The notes under the pieces are model-generated. The model had not been told where the DNA came from, did no database searches, and saw nothing but the letters and a program-made list of their open reading frames with translations. From positions 1-57,273 of the IMG/VR virus record IMGVR_UViG_3300025127_000044: a DNA stretch of 57,273 nucleotides, one strand, 5' to 3'. This document shows positions 1-8,611 of this stretch, piece after piece (positions within the stretch are counted from its first letter, which is position 1; each line of letters opens with the position of its first letter). Made by a program: the position numbers and the translations under genes. The stretch comes from a virus. Taxonomy: Duplodnaviria > Caudoviricetes.

Positions 1-91
1 AGCTGGAGTCACTTCTGGTGGCTAGCTCCTTTAGGCATCGTAGGTGCATACATCGGCTATCGCTTTGACTGAATTAACAGCCAACAGCCAC

Positions 92-109
92 GGGCGCTAA
101 CTCGCGCCC
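92..109 (+). promoter_or_regulatory. Conserved pre-gene hairpin element H1
   Basis: GGGCGC-TAACTC-GCGCCC, upstream of ORF 125. Confidence 0.7.
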
Positions 110-124
110 TTATCAAGTTTGAAT

Positions 125-295
125 ATGAATAACAACATGGATCTGAACACAGTTCATCACCTGCAAGCCAAGCTGGCACACGCCGAAGAGCAGCTCATGC
201 TTTCGGACAGCATGTCACAACAGTGTTACTGGGGTGACAAGTGTGATCAGCTTGAAGCTGCAATCTACGATGCTGTCCATGACATGCATGCGTAG
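125..295 (+). CDS. Small hypothetical protein (56 aa)
   Basis: Hand-translated ORF MNNNMDLNTVHHLQAKLAHAEEQL..., below the ORF-track cutoff; lies between two hairpins. Confidence 0.65.
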   Translation: MNNNMDLNTVHHLQAKLAHAEEQLMLSDSMSQQCYWGDKCDQLEAAIYDAVHDMHA

Positions 296-306
296 CTAAG
301 ACGTAG

Positions 307-324
307 GGTCGCTCACTCGCGACC
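307..324 (+). promoter_or_regulatory. Hairpin element H2
   Basis: GGTCGC-TCACTC-GCGACC followed by TTACTTTC. Confidence 0.7.
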
Positions 325-348
325 TTACTTTCACATGTTCTCTATCAC

Positions 349-531
349 ATGAACATGTCCGCTATCAAGAACAGCATCCACGATTCATACGATCTAGATG
401 ACTGCGATTACTTGGACGAATCAGAGTACAACGCATACGTTGATGAATGTGAAGCCAAGCGTCAAGCTGAGATTGCGAGACGGGAAGCCGCTCTTTGGCT
501 CTCTCAGACTGACATTGACATCCCATTCTGA
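349..531 (+). CDS. Small acidic hypothetical protein
   Basis: 60 aa ORF between hairpins, ends DIDIPF. Confidence 0.75.
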   Translation: MNMSAIKNSIHDSYDLDDCDYLDESEYNAYVDECEAKRQAEIARREAALWLSQTDIDIPF

Positions 532-540
532 ACAACACTC

Positions 541-562
541 AGGCCTGCTCACTCGCAGGTCT
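541..562 (+). promoter_or_regulatory. Hairpin element H3
   Basis: AGGCCTGC-TCACTC-GCAGGTCT. Confidence 0.7.
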
Positions 563-590
563 GTTTTTTGATGTTCTAATTACATCAGTC

Positions 591-743
591 ATGCAAATCG
601 ACGGTCTTTATTTCATCCCTGATGATATGACCTCAGCTCGTGACATCTACGAGTGGCTGGATGCTCACCTCACTTGTCTCCAAGACCCTGAGGATACCTC
701 AATGTCTACTTACGACGAGGAGGAGACCACCCCTCTGCTTTAA
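591..743 (+). CDS. Small acidic hypothetical protein (50 aa)
   Basis: Hand-translated MQIDGLYFIPDDMTSARDIYEWLDAHL...; fills the space between H3 and H4. Confidence 0.7.
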   Translation: MQIDGLYFIPDDMTSARDIYEWLDAHLTCLQDPEDTSMSTYDEEETTPLL

Positions 744-754
744 ACCTAAGGTTT

Positions 755-772
755 GGCCGCTCACTCGCGGCC
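755..772 (+). promoter_or_regulatory. Hairpin element H4
   Basis: GGCCGC-TCACTC-GCGGCC followed by TTACTTTC. Confidence 0.7.
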
Positions 773-820
773 TTACTTTCTCTTGCCCTAAGGGCTACGT
801 TACATATAGGAGTATCACTC

Positions 821-1054
821 ATGCGTTTCAAGATTCCTGGTCGGAACACAAACGTTCGTCTGTTTGAGAAAGTAGAAACCACTGACCCCCAGTACCTCAT
901 CTTTGATGTAGGTGTGGAGTACGAAGATGGATCAATTGATTCCCTCGTCGTACCTGGCAGTGGTTCCTACGCAACTGCACGCCGCGTCATTAAAGACCTT
1001 AATGACAAAGCTGCAGAGAAGCAGACGGCAGAAACTGCTGTCGTTCCCTCCTAA
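821..1054 (+). CDS. Hypothetical protein
   Basis: 77 aa ORF with AGGAG Shine-Dalgarno upstream. Confidence 0.8.
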   Translation: MRFKIPGRNTNVRLFEKVETTDPQYLIFDVGVEYEDGSIDSLVVPGSGSYATARRVIKDLNDKAAEKQTAETAVVPS

Positions 1055-1061
1055 TCGATAC

Positions 1062-1083
1062 AGGGTCGGCTAACGCCGATCCT
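1062..1083 (+). promoter_or_regulatory. Hairpin element H5 (also terminator-like)
   Basis: AGGGTCGGC-TAAC-GCCGATCCT then T-run. Confidence 0.65.
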
Positions 1084-1252
1084 TTTTTTCGTTTTCTTGT
1101 TCAACTGTCCATGATTCCAGAAATGCTTCGGACATATGGGGTGTAGATATGAAATTCTTAATTCCCATTCGTCCTGCGACTACAGCTGACCATGGTGCAT
1201 ACAATGGTCCTTGATAATCCCTTTTGCCTGAATATTTATCGGACATTCTTTA

Positions 1253-1762
1253 TCACACGATACGACGAGGATCAGGCTCTCGATGAGGCATATTGTCAAG
1301 GCCTTCCCACACACCGCCTGCTAACGCACCTACTGTCATTCCTGCTGCAAGACTCTGGTCAAACGGGAGCTGCCCTGGCTCTTGTCCGTCTGCCGGACCA
1401 CCGGTTGATTCCATGATTTGATTTGTAAGCCCTGCTAGGCCCTGTCCAGCAAGCGTTAAACCAGCTACAGGTGCTGCATACTTAGGGATCATATTTAAAG
1501 CAGGGATTGCCCCTGCCATGAATCTGCTTCCCATTGTTGATGTAGCACTTGTATCTTCCAGTGGTCCTTTAAATGAAGGTGTGCCCCCTCCAAATAATTG
1601 ACCGATACCCTTGACTGCACCGAAGTTACCATCTTCAGGCATACGGTCATACATATCTGCAATCTTGTTTGAGTAAGCCTCGTCAAAGTTTGCAACTTTC
1701 TTACCAAGACTAGCCAAAAACTCTCTTGCTTGCGCCATGCGAGTAGGATTCACTGTACGCAT
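1253..1762 (-). CDS. Hypothetical Gly/Ala-rich protein, possibly virion-associated
   Basis: 169 aa ORF with its own TACAAT -10 box at 1786-1791 on the minus strand. Confidence 0.7.
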   Translation of the reverse strand: MRTVNPTRMAQAREFLASLGKKVANFDEAYSNKIADMYDRMPEDGNFGAVKGIGQLFGGGTPSFKGPLEDTSATSTMGSRFMAGAIPALNMIPKYAAPVAGLTLAGQGLAGLTNQIMESTGGPADGQEPGQLPFDQSLAAGMTVGALAGGVWEGLDNMPHREPDPRRIV

Positions 1763-1811
1763 AATCGTTTACATTACATGTATCTATTGTACTTATTAAT
1801 GAAAACTAACT

Positions 1812-1982
1812 ATGACCATAGTGTTGGCTATTTTTCTTATATTCATTGGGTATTCTTCTGAGCTTTGCCAAGAGATGTCTCAATCATTGGATATAGCTGT
1901 AATGAACGACCTCATAACAGAACAGCAGGCTGAATCATTTATGCGCAATTGTCTACGTAAAGCAGGTAAACAAGCCGGCTAA
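1812..1982 (+). CDS. Small protein with hydrophobic N-terminus (56 aa)
   Basis: Hand-translated MTIVLAIFLIFIGYSSELCQE...; its TAA stop lies in the loop of H6. Confidence 0.55.
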   Translation: MTIVLAIFLIFIGYSSELCQEMSQSLDIAVMNDLITEQQAESFMRNCLRKAGKQAG

Positions 1983-1992
1983 TTCGCGGCTT
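1972..1992 (+). promoter_or_regulatory. Hairpin element H6
   Basis: AAGCCGGC-TAATTC-GCGGCTT (one bulge). Confidence 0.65.
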
Positions 1993-2006
1993 TACTTTTT
2001 TATATT

Positions 2007-2165
2007 ATGAACGAACACCAAATTTCACCGTTAGGCCAAATCAAGCGTCTTGACCCCCATAGGTCAAATAATCGCATTGATGTCTGTCGTCGTTATAACC
2101 CATCAAAGCGCTCACACTTCAGGGTTATTGAAGATGAGAGAGGTTGGACAGCCGATTTAGACTGA
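2007..2165 (+). CDS. Small hypothetical protein (52 aa)
   Basis: Hand-translated MNEHQISPLGQIKRLDP... Confidence 0.55.
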   Translation: MNEHQISPLGQIKRLDPHRSNNRIDVCRRYNPSKRSHFRVIEDERGWTADLD

Positions 2166-2223
2166 TTCAGCACACTATTTACAATAGTGATTGTCATATA
2201 TGACATTTCAACATCCATATTCT

Positions 2224-2240
2224 GCCGGGTTATCACCGGC
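2224..2240 (+). promoter_or_regulatory. Hairpin element H7
   Basis: GCCGG-GTTATCA-CCGGC. Confidence 0.6.
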
Positions 2241-2269
2241 TGAATTTTTTTATCGTTCGATAATCATTT

Positions 2270-2431
2270 ATGATTAACAACAACACTTTCTCCAATAAAG
2301 ATTCACATCCTTTATCTCGTGAGAAAGCTATTGAGCTTCTTAGAAGTATGTCCAAAGACAAGCTTCTAGATCAGCTCCATATCGACCACTTCAATAACTC
2401 AGTCAATACCAATGGCCTTCAGACTCGATAA
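2270..2431 (+). CDS. Small hypothetical protein (53 aa)
   Basis: Hand-translated MINNNTFSNKDSHPLSREKAIELL... Confidence 0.5.
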   Translation: MINNNTFSNKDSHPLSREKAIELLRSMSKDKLLDQLHIDHFNNSVNTNGLQTR

Positions 2432-2537
2432 TTCTAAACACGTCTCTAAGGCGAAGTTTAAGAAGACGCATCAAGGTAACTCTGTTAACTCTCGGCCTCG
2501 TAAAGGCAAGAAGTTAATGCGAGGTCAAGGTAAATAA
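2412..2537 (+). CDS. Small basic phage protein with C-terminal RGQG motif (41 aa)
   Basis: ...KFKKTHQGNSVNSRPRKGKKLMRGQGK; KKTxQG...RGQG pattern recalled from many marine phages. Confidence 0.7.
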   Translation: MAFRLDNSKHVSKAKFKKTHQGNSVNSRPRKGKKLMRGQGK

Positions 2538-2545
2538 CACGCCCG

Positions 2546-2561
2546 GTCGCTAATTCGCGAC
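2546..2561 (+). promoter_or_regulatory. Hairpin element H8
   Basis: GTCGC-TAATTC-GCGAC. Confidence 0.65.
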
Positions 2562-2592
2562 ATTGGCTTTTCTTGTTCTTCTCAGCTATATC

Positions 2593-2808
2593 ATGTCTGT
2601 GAATTTTGATTTTGAAATTGTTGATCGTTCTGGTGTAGCCGGTATTTCACTCATCATTGCTCGCAATGAAGATGCATTCCGCTACCTGACTGATGAAGCA
2701 GATATGACCATCATGGATGACGGTAGTGCTCCAGTTGCCACAGAATCTATCGGAGACTTCATCTCTGATGCTTCTTGGGCACATCTCTGCTGCGAATACG
2801 TCGGGTAA
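2593..2808 (+). CDS. Hypothetical protein
   Basis: ORF track 2563..2808; ATG at 2593 preferred. Confidence 0.7.
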   Translation: MSVNFDFEIVDRSGVAGISLIIARNEDAFRYLTDEADMTIMDDGSAPVATESIGDFISDASWAHLCCEYVG

Positions 2809-2930
2809 TGTCCAGCGTCCCTAACTGGATTCATCACTCCAGTAAGCAGCAGAAGAGGAAACTCAAACCTGCTGCGCTAAGAGCTCGCAAAGCTGCATTA
2901 AAAGCTTTAAAACGTAAATTGGCCGGGTAA
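2808..2930 (+). CDS. Small basic cyanophage-type protein (40 aa)
   Basis: MSSVPNWIHHSSKQQKRKLKPAALRARKAALKALKRKLAG; TAATG coupling to the previous gene; stop lies in the loop of H9. Confidence 0.7.
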   Translation: MSSVPNWIHHSSKQQKRKLKPAALRARKAALKALKRKLAG

Positions 2931-2938
2931 TTCCGGCC
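2921..2938 (+). promoter_or_regulatory. Hairpin element H9
   Basis: GGCCGG-GTAATT-CCGGCC. Confidence 0.65.
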
Positions 2939-2968
2939 TTATTTTTTTATGTTCTTTAAACCATATTC

Positions 2969-3349
2969 ATGGAATTCCCAAACGGTATCTCTACTGCTGA
3001 TCTTGAAAGCTTGCTATCAGATGCACCTGATGAGAATACCTGCAACTGCTCTGACCCTGATCGACTTACGCAAGATCAGATCGAAGAGATTGCTTGTGAA
3101 GCCCTTGACTCTGTCATGGACGAATTGAATTCTGAAGATTGCACATTGGTTCACAAAGTAATTTGTCTAATGGCAATCAGTCGATTCAAGGTTTGGCATG
3201 AATCCACTGCCGAAAACATGATTGAGGACGGTGTTCCCTTCAAGCCTATGAGTGGATGGCTTCTTGACGCTGGCAAGCTTCAAGCTTGTGGACAGCTTTT
3301 GCAGTCCGTCAGCGTCACTAACGATGATTTCACTTGTGCTCATGCGTAA
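2969..3349 (+). CDS. Hypothetical acidic protein
   Basis: 126 aa ORF. Confidence 0.8.
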   Translation: MEFPNGISTADLESLLSDAPDENTCNCSDPDRLTQDQIEEIACEALDSVMDELNSEDCTLVHKVICLMAISRFKVWHESTAENMIEDGVPFKPMSGWLLDAGKLQACGQLLQSVSVTNDDFTCAHA

Positions 3350-3593
3350 AGTAGAAATCAGAATCAACGAGCCCCCTCTCACTCGTTTTGTGGTGTCTAT
3401 CTCAACTGATGAGGAGACACCTGAGTGGCTAGAAGCCTCTGCCTTCAACACTTCTAAGGAAGTTAAAGAGTGGCTTATGGTTCTTGGGATCTTTGATCCT
3501 GAAAAGCCTGGTGACCCAATGTGGCCAGGTGATCCAATCAGACGTGAATTTGTGCCGTTTGATCGAGATTTTGATCCCTTTTTTGACGACTGA
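3342..3593 (+). CDS. Hypothetical protein
   Basis: MRKVEIRINE... start overlapping the previous stop. Confidence 0.7.
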   Translation: MRKVEIRINEPPLTRFVVSISTDEETPEWLEASAFNTSKEVKEWLMVLGIFDPEKPGDPMWPGDPIRREFVPFDRDFDPFFDD

Positions 3594-3599
3594 GACAAT

Positions 3600-3615
3600 G
3601 CCGGCTAACGCCGGT
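3600..3615 (+). promoter_or_regulatory. Hairpin element H10
   Basis: GCCGGC-TAAC-GCCGGT. Confidence 0.7.
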
Positions 3616-3644
3616 TTTGTTTTTCATTGGATTTAACCACACTA

Positions 3645-3965
3645 ATGTCAAGCATCAATCAAGAACTCGCAATTCAACTTGCTCAGAAAAATGCAAATGA
3701 GATGGAACTGCAACATGTCCGTAAATTGGTTGCAGAAAACATTTACGACAAACTGATTCAACAGTCCACTGATGAGCTTGTCAAACAAGCTACCGAAGCT
3801 GGAATTGAAATTGATCAGCAAGTAATTCTTAATACTGCTATTCAGTTGCTTCAACGCGTAGAGCACGGCATTTACCTCCAAACTGGAACACAAGGAAGAT
3901 GCCCTGAGAAAGACTACTACTTCTGGAAAAATACTGTACGGCAAGTAATTAACTTATTGTCCTGA
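3645..3965 (+). CDS. Hypothetical protein
   Basis: Helical ORF; ATG at 3645 preferred. Confidence 0.75.
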   Translation: MSSINQELAIQLAQKNANEMELQHVRKLVAENIYDKLIQQSTDELVKQATEAGIEIDQQVILNTAIQLLQRVEHGIYLQTGTQGRCPEKDYYFWKNTVRQVINLLS

Positions 3966-3971
3966 TCATAT

Positions 3972-3987
3972 GCCGGCTAACGCCGGC
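3972..3987 (+). promoter_or_regulatory. Hairpin element H11
   Basis: GCCGGC-TAAC-GCCGGC. Confidence 0.75.
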
Positions 3988-4021
3988 TTTGATCTTTTGT
4001 GTCCAACTTGAGTTTTCACTC

Positions 4022-4201
4022 ATGTCTACTTCTGAATTACGGGCTTTCCCCCCTGTCTCCGATCCTATTGACTTTGTCAAGAAGATCGATTGGCAGGATG
4101 TCCGTAATCGCGCTCGTAAGGGCGTAAATGTAACTGGAGTAGTTATCGCCGTCATTGGCGAGAAACTCCATGACTTCGGAACTTTTCTCGGCAATGTCTG
4201 A
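4022..4201 (+). CDS. Hypothetical protein
   Basis: MSTSELRAFPPV... downstream of H11. Confidence 0.7.
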   Translation: MSTSELRAFPPVSDPIDFVKKIDWQDVRNRARKGVNVTGVVIAVIGEKLHDFGTFLGNV

Positions 4202-4442
4202 TTACATCACACGTTTCTTTGACGAGAAAGACCTGGACGACCAGGTTTACGAAGTCGCGTCTCCAAATGGCACCGTTAATTACATCTCGACTGAGGATGT
4301 GATTTGGATGCTAAAGACGTCTGAAGGCAATGCTAGACGTTCCATTCAACGAGTTCTACATGAACTTGATCTCCGTAATGGTGACGTCCATCATTTCCTA
4401 AAACACATGGCGCAAGGTATGGCAATTTCCATACCTATGTGA
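4194..4442 (+). CDS. Hypothetical protein
   Basis: MSDYITRFFDEKDLDDQVYEV...; overlaps the previous stop. Confidence 0.75.
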   Translation: MSDYITRFFDEKDLDDQVYEVASPNGTVNYISTEDVIWMLKTSEGNARRSIQRVLHELDLRNGDVHHFLKHMAQGMAISIPM

Positions 4443-4448
4443 TCCTTC

Positions 4449-4468
4449 GGGTCGGTTAACACCGGCCC
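4449..4468 (+). promoter_or_regulatory. Hairpin element H12
   Basis: GGGTCGGT-TAAC-ACCGGCCC. Confidence 0.7.
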
Positions 4469-4513
4469 TATTTCATTTTGGTCATTTGACCGTAAACGTA
4501 GCACGTATATACG

Positions 4514-4729
4514 ATGTACAACCACGCACAACGCTGTCCTGAAACCGGTCGTTGGTCTCGCCAACGTAATCAGTTTCATGACAACACAGCTGAGCAGCGA
4601 TATAACGCACGGCTTGGTACCGCTCGACTGGTACGCAAGATCATGCCCCGTAACGGGCACACCATCAAATTCTTGATGGATAATCGCCAAGAAGAACTCG
4701 ATACCCTTCGTGCTCTTCTGACTGCTTAA
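4514..4729 (+). CDS. Hypothetical basic protein
   Basis: 71 aa ORF. Confidence 0.7.
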   Translation: MYNHAQRCPETGRWSRQRNQFHDNTAEQRYNARLGTARLVRKIMPRNGHTIKFLMDNRQEELDTLRALLTA

Positions 4730-4737
4730 ACAGCCTT

Positions 4738-4755
4738 GGCCGCTAATTCGCGGCC
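4738..4755 (+). promoter_or_regulatory. Hairpin element H13
   Basis: GGCCGC-TAATTC-GCGGCC. Confidence 0.75.
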
Positions 4756-4785
4756 TTGATTACTCGTGTTCACTCATATCAATTC

Positions 4786-5313
4786 ATGGACAACGGCTAC
4801 ACTCGCTACGGCAACTTTAACACCATTACTGTTGCCGGACGCATCAGCAACATCAAAGAGATGACCAACAATCGTGATGGCTCTAGCTATCTGGTTGTTA
4901 CGCTCATCACTACGTTGGATACTGACGGCCAAGACGCCACTATCACGTTCTTTGCCCCTGACACAAACTTCTACCGTAACGGCCACATGCCAAACGGTCG
5001 TGTTTGTACTGTCACTGGTCAACTCAAGTCTGCTAAAGAGACTTACGAGAAAGACGGGCAAACTGTCCTTAAGCAGCGTGTAGAGCTTGAGCTCAAAAAC
5101 GCCACCATTAATGACAATGGTTGGGGTGCCAAGCCTGGCGCAAAGACCAAGACAACCGTGGAACGGCCTGTCAAAGTAACTGTGCCGTCCAGTCCTGCTG
5201 CAGCAGCTCAGTTCGCTAAGGAAGCCCCTGTGGATTCTACTCCAGAGATCACACCTACATACATTGATGGTGTAATGGCCGCTGCAGTGCAATCTGCTGA
5301 CGATCAATACTGA
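4786..5313 (+). CDS. ssb: Single-stranded DNA-binding protein (OB fold)
   Basis: NTITVAGRI ... GRVCTVTGQL ... TYEKDGQT pattern, low-complexity linker, acidic tail DDQY. Confidence 0.65.
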   Translation: MDNGYTRYGNFNTITVAGRISNIKEMTNNRDGSSYLVVTLITTLDTDGQDATITFFAPDTNFYRNGHMPNGRVCTVTGQLKSAKETYEKDGQTVLKQRVELELKNATINDNGWGAKPGAKTKTTVERPVKVTVPSSPAAAAQFAKEAPVDSTPEITPTYIDGVMAAAVQSADDQY

Positions 5314-5320
5314 TCTACCA

Positions 5321-5341
5321 CCCCTCGGCTAATGCCGGGGG
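5321..5341 (+). promoter_or_regulatory. Hairpin element H14 / intrinsic terminator
   Basis: CCCCTCGGC-TAAT-GCCGGGGG then CTTTTTT. Confidence 0.65.
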
Positions 5342-5371
5342 CTTTTTTCATTTCTTACAATACGGACAGCC

Positions 5372-5623
5372 GTGGATAATCAAATGTATGAAGTAAACGA
5401 CAGCCCAGAGTGGATTAATTGCCCTCTTGAGCCTTATCGAATTGTCAAATCAAGATTTGGTCTATATACAAGCATTGATGCTAAAGGCGTCAGAATGAAT
5501 ACTGCAATGACTGAAGAAGCTTGCCGTCTCTGTACTGAAGATATTCATCTACCAGTTAGACATAAATGCTATGACGGCTGGATATCTAAAGGACGTTCTA
5601 GCACTGTAGATGGGAAGCTTTAA
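5372..5623 (+). CDS. Hypothetical protein
   Basis: 83 aa ORF ending STVDGKL. Confidence 0.7.
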   Translation: MDNQMYEVNDSPEWINCPLEPYRIVKSRFGLYTSIDAKGVRMNTAMTEEACRLCTEDIHLPVRHKCYDGWISKGRSSTVDGKL

Positions 5624-6372
5624 CGCTTCTTTTGCCCATTCCCATTCCCATTCATGGCTTTTTCAATAAATGCTGGTGCACCTTGCGTGTTAACAATGAC
5701 TGTTTTAGTGTTGTCACTATCAATACGTGAATCATTACCAGATTCTTGACGGATTAATTTAATTAGTTTATCCACTTCTTCTGAAAGAAATGCATTAGCT
5801 GTATCAGATACACTCTCATTAGCTATCTTTTTTGATTTAGGCTGCAACGATCTTGCATAAGCTACCGTCTCCGGAGCCTCATTGTGGAAATCTCTGTAAC
5901 GCATGACATCAAATGAACTTTCATCAATACCTCTAATTATTGTATTAATGTACTCAGGGATAATTTCTTTACGTGCCTCGTAGGGTAAATCTCGAATTTT
6001 ATTCAAGAAAATTTTTGTCTGATTCCATCTAGGATCTGCTTCACGTACTTTTTTGGGACCAAACTCAATGCCTCTATTAATTAACTCTCTATGTATTGCT
6101 TTGTGCTCTCTTGGTGTAATAGCTGATAAATTATTTACATTATTGCCTGTAGGAACCCCCTGGTTTTCAAATTCCTGCATCATTTTATAGGCGTCATCAC
6201 GGCTTAATCCGAAGGTTAATGCAGCTAATAAATCAACACCATAATTGTGATGAATTTCATCACCTGGTTGATGACCCATGATTTTTTTCTTGCGAGGAGA
6301 ATTCCGCGTTTCTTTTTCAATTTGAGGATTAGCCGCAGTACGCTTCTCGTTTATTCGATGTCTATTGGGCAC
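5620..6372 (-). CDS. HNH-like domain protein
   Basis: EIHH ... NNVNNLSAITPREHKAIH resembles a beta-beta-alpha-Me motif. Confidence 0.55.
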   Translation of the reverse strand: MPNRHRINEKRTAANPQIEKETRNSPRKKKIMGHQPGDEIHHNYGVDLLAALTFGLSRDDAYKMMQEFENQGVPTGNNVNNLSAITPREHKAIHRELINRGIEFGPKKVREADPRWNQTKIFLNKIRDLPYEARKEIIPEYINTIIRGIDESSFDVMRYRDFHNEAPETVAYARSLQPKSKKIANESVSDTANAFLSEEVDKLIKLIRQESGNDSRIDSDNTKTVIVNTQGAPAFIEKAMNGNGNGQKKR

Positions 6373-6455
6373 ATATTGATACCTATTATCTACATGTAGG
6401 TATTACTTACTCTTACTTAATTGTATGATTTAGTTAAAACTAACTATCCGCACTA

Positions 6456-6626
6456 ATGTCTAATCAAGTCCATAATTCTGACTTTTTTAAAGACATGTCG
6501 GACGACCCAATGTCTACGGTTGGTCGGCAGCCAACTGAACTCTTGACATCTACTGATTGGACCAACTATTATTATTTAGAAGCAACAAGATACCAAGCTT
6601 TTATAAACCTCATTTCAAACAAATGA
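6456..6626 (+). CDS. Small hypothetical protein (56 aa)
   Basis: Hand-translated MSNQVHNSDFFKD...; ATGA overlap with the next gene. Confidence 0.5.
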   Translation: MSNQVHNSDFFKDMSDDPMSTVGRQPTELLTSTDWTNYYYLEATRYQAFINLISNK

Positions 6627-6853
6627 CCTGTAATAACTGTGATCACAACGAGCCCCCTGCATATGGAACTCGTCACTTCTATAAACACATGTTTTCTGAC
6701 CATCTCGCTGATATAGGCGACGGTCCTCACAACGCTGACAACCTTCTTCTAGGTCTGTTAGATGCAGCACATGAGTGGTTTGAATATCACGAAACTGCTT
6801 CTAACCGATTCAAAGGTTTTATTGCTAAAGCACAAGAGATTACTAGGGACTAA
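6623..6853 (+). CDS. Hypothetical protein
   Basis: MTCNNCDHNEPPAYGT... Confidence 0.7.
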   Translation: MTCNNCDHNEPPAYGTRHFYKHMFSDHLADIGDGPHNADNLLLGLLDAAHEWFEYHETASNRFKGFIAKAQEITRD

Positions 6854-6860
6854 GCCCTTT

Positions 6861-6876
6861 GCCGGTTAACACCGGC
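6861..6876 (+). promoter_or_regulatory. Hairpin element H15
   Basis: GCCGGT-TAAC-ACCGGC, no T-tract after. Confidence 0.75.
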
Positions 6877-6927
6877 TGTATCTCCTGTGCTCACACCAAT
6901 AGTGAGCTGTCCTATATCCATTGTTCT

Positions 6928-7146
6928 ATGGCACTTGTACACATTTCAGTCCCAATGACTGATGTCCTTGTCCAATCCTTGAGAAGATTATCTACTCTGG
7001 AATATCACTGTCCAACAGCACTTACCATGATTGCTGATGTACTCGAACGCAGTAAAGAAGACAGTATCCTATTAGATGAGTCCGTAGAAGAACAGCGTCA
7101 GGACTCCTCCCAGAAGGTTTCAAGTGTTTTTGCTGTTTCCGCTTGA
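6928..7146 (+). CDS. Hypothetical protein
   Basis: MALVHISVPMTD... Confidence 0.65.
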   Translation: MALVHISVPMTDVLVQSLRRLSTLEYHCPTALTMIADVLERSKEDSILLDESVEEQRQDSSQKVSSVFAVSA

Positions 7147-7190
7147 GTAATTATTGGGGTGCCAACTGGTGCCCCCTCCCTTTATATGAC

Positions 7191-7349
7191 ATGACTTATC
7201 AATCTTTACTTGATCAGTTACTCGATCTTTCTCCTGATCAACTTCAAAAACAAGTCATTGTTCATGATAATGAGATGGATACTTTTATCGAAGTCACCGC
7301 TGATCTCGGATATAGCTTTGTATTAAATCAACCCATTGTTTACCTATGA
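7191..7349 (+). CDS. Hypothetical protein
   Basis: MTYQSLLDQLLDLSPDQLQKQVIV, a phage-like N-terminus. Confidence 0.65.
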   Translation: MTYQSLLDQLLDLSPDQLQKQVIVHDNEMDTFIEVTADLGYSFVLNQPIVYL

Positions 7350-7621
7350 CTCCTAAACTTCCTAAAAAGACTGATCCCCTCACCCCTGAGGAAATGATCG
7401 AGGCCGCTGACATCTTTATGGAGCGGTACAACATTATTAAAGAGCGAATGAATGGTCTTGCAAAGCCTGAGGACATTCTCAAGGTTATGGAAAACGTTGC
7501 TAAGCTCGGTCACAAACTTCGTGCTGATAAAGCTGAAGAGAAGCGTCTTGAGCGCTTTGGCTTTGTTAAAAATGCCGAGCTAGATGCAATCGATAAAGCA
7601 CTGGACAAGATTTCAATTTGA
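7346..7621 (+). CDS. Hypothetical protein
   Basis: 91 aa ORF, ATGA-coupled. Confidence 0.8.
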   Translation: MTPKLPKKTDPLTPEEMIEAADIFMERYNIIKERMNGLAKPEDILKVMENVAKLGHKLRADKAEEKRLERFGFVKNAELDAIDKALDKISI

Positions 7622-7894
7622 TTTTTCAGACAACTGAAGAGCAATGTCAATGGCAATCTTGGCAGTAGCTCCCATGAGCCTGCCTTCAGATTGTTTTTTA
7701 GCCATTATATGTTCACGTACAAGAAAACCTAGTAATGGATCTTGTGGAGTGAGACTGCTTTCAGGACCCCATCCCACTGGTTGTATGAAAAACAATCCAG
7801 CATGAGCCACACATTTCCATCCGATATCAACAAATCCTAATTCACGAAGAGCACACTCAAGCTTTAATGAGTGACATGCTTCTTCTAAACACAT
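7613..7894 (-). CDS. Hypothetical protein
   Basis: 93 aa ORF with AT-rich upstream region. Confidence 0.6.
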   Translation of the reverse strand: MCLEEACHSLKLECALRELGFVDIGWKCVAHAGLFFIQPVGWGPESSLTPQDPLLGFLVREHIMAKKQSEGRLMGATAKIAIDIALQLSEKSN

Positions 7895-7949
7895 ATCAAT
7901 TCATAGATAGCTATATTATTAATTGTAAAAAAGTATTGATACTATACTC

Positions 7950-8603
7950 GTGAAAATCTTCCTTGACAGCAGTGACATTAAAACTATTGAACGTCACTAT
8001 GACACTGGTTTAATCGACGGTGTTACTACTAATCCAACTCTTGTGAGGCAATCAGGCAAGGACCCAGAGTTTCTGTACTCTGAACTAGTTAACCTTGGCA
8101 TTCCTGACATCAGTATGGAAGTCAGTGGTACTACTGGCGAAATGATCGATGAAGGATTGCGACTGCAAGAACTCTTCGGTGACCCTGTGACTGTTAAAGT
8201 TCCCATGACCCCTCAGGGCCTGACGGCCTGCCGCGAACTTTCTGAAGAAAACATCCGGACAAACGTCACTTTAATCTTCACTCCTGCCCAAGCAATTCTT
8301 GCAGCCAAAGCTGGTGCTACATATGTTTCACCATTTGTGGGACGAGTGGACGACCAAGGTTTTGCTGGGCTAGAAGTTGTTCGAGCTATCGTTGATCTGT
8401 ACCGTAGGCACGGTGTGCAGACTGACGTTCTCTCAGCATCTATTAGAAGTGTTCACCGGGCTGTCCGTTCATTCTTCAATGGCGCTGACATTGTCACAAT
8501 GCCGCCCAAAGTATTTGAAGATATGTATAAGCACATGCTTACTGATAAAGGGTTAGAAATTTTTGAAAATGATTTGAAATCTATTGAATCATTGACTACT
8601 TAA
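7950..8603 (+). CDS. talC: Transaldolase (TalC/FSA family)
   Basis: MKIFLDS, GVTTNPTL, catalytic VKVP, NVTLIF, SPFVGRVDD, ASIR motifs; 217 aa. Confidence 0.97.
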   Translation: MKIFLDSSDIKTIERHYDTGLIDGVTTNPTLVRQSGKDPEFLYSELVNLGIPDISMEVSGTTGEMIDEGLRLQELFGDPVTVKVPMTPQGLTACRELSEENIRTNVTLIFTPAQAILAAKAGATYVSPFVGRVDDQGFAGLEVVRAIVDLYRRHGVQTDVLSASIRSVHRAVRSFFNGADIVTMPPKVFEDMYKHMLTDKGLEIFENDLKSIESLTT

Positions 8604-8611
8604 CCAATGAA

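Noticed and set aside
640-900. ORFs 640..867 (+) and 706..900 (-)
   Set aside because: They cross hairpin H4 and overlap better-supported ORFs 591..743 and 821..1054
1802-6447. Identical 12-mer AAAACTAACTAT at 1802 and 6436, both in divergent intergenic regions
   Set aside because: Only two copies of an AT-rich word; chance cannot be excluded
92-6876. Hairpin repeats as a CRISPR array
   Set aside because: Repeats are not identical, spacing is 200-1500 bp and filled with ORFs, and no cas genes are present
92-6876. Hairpins as integron attC sites served by the integrase
   Set aside because: Far shorter than attC, no RYYYAAC/GTTRRRY ends, and the integrase has its own tRNA-type attP
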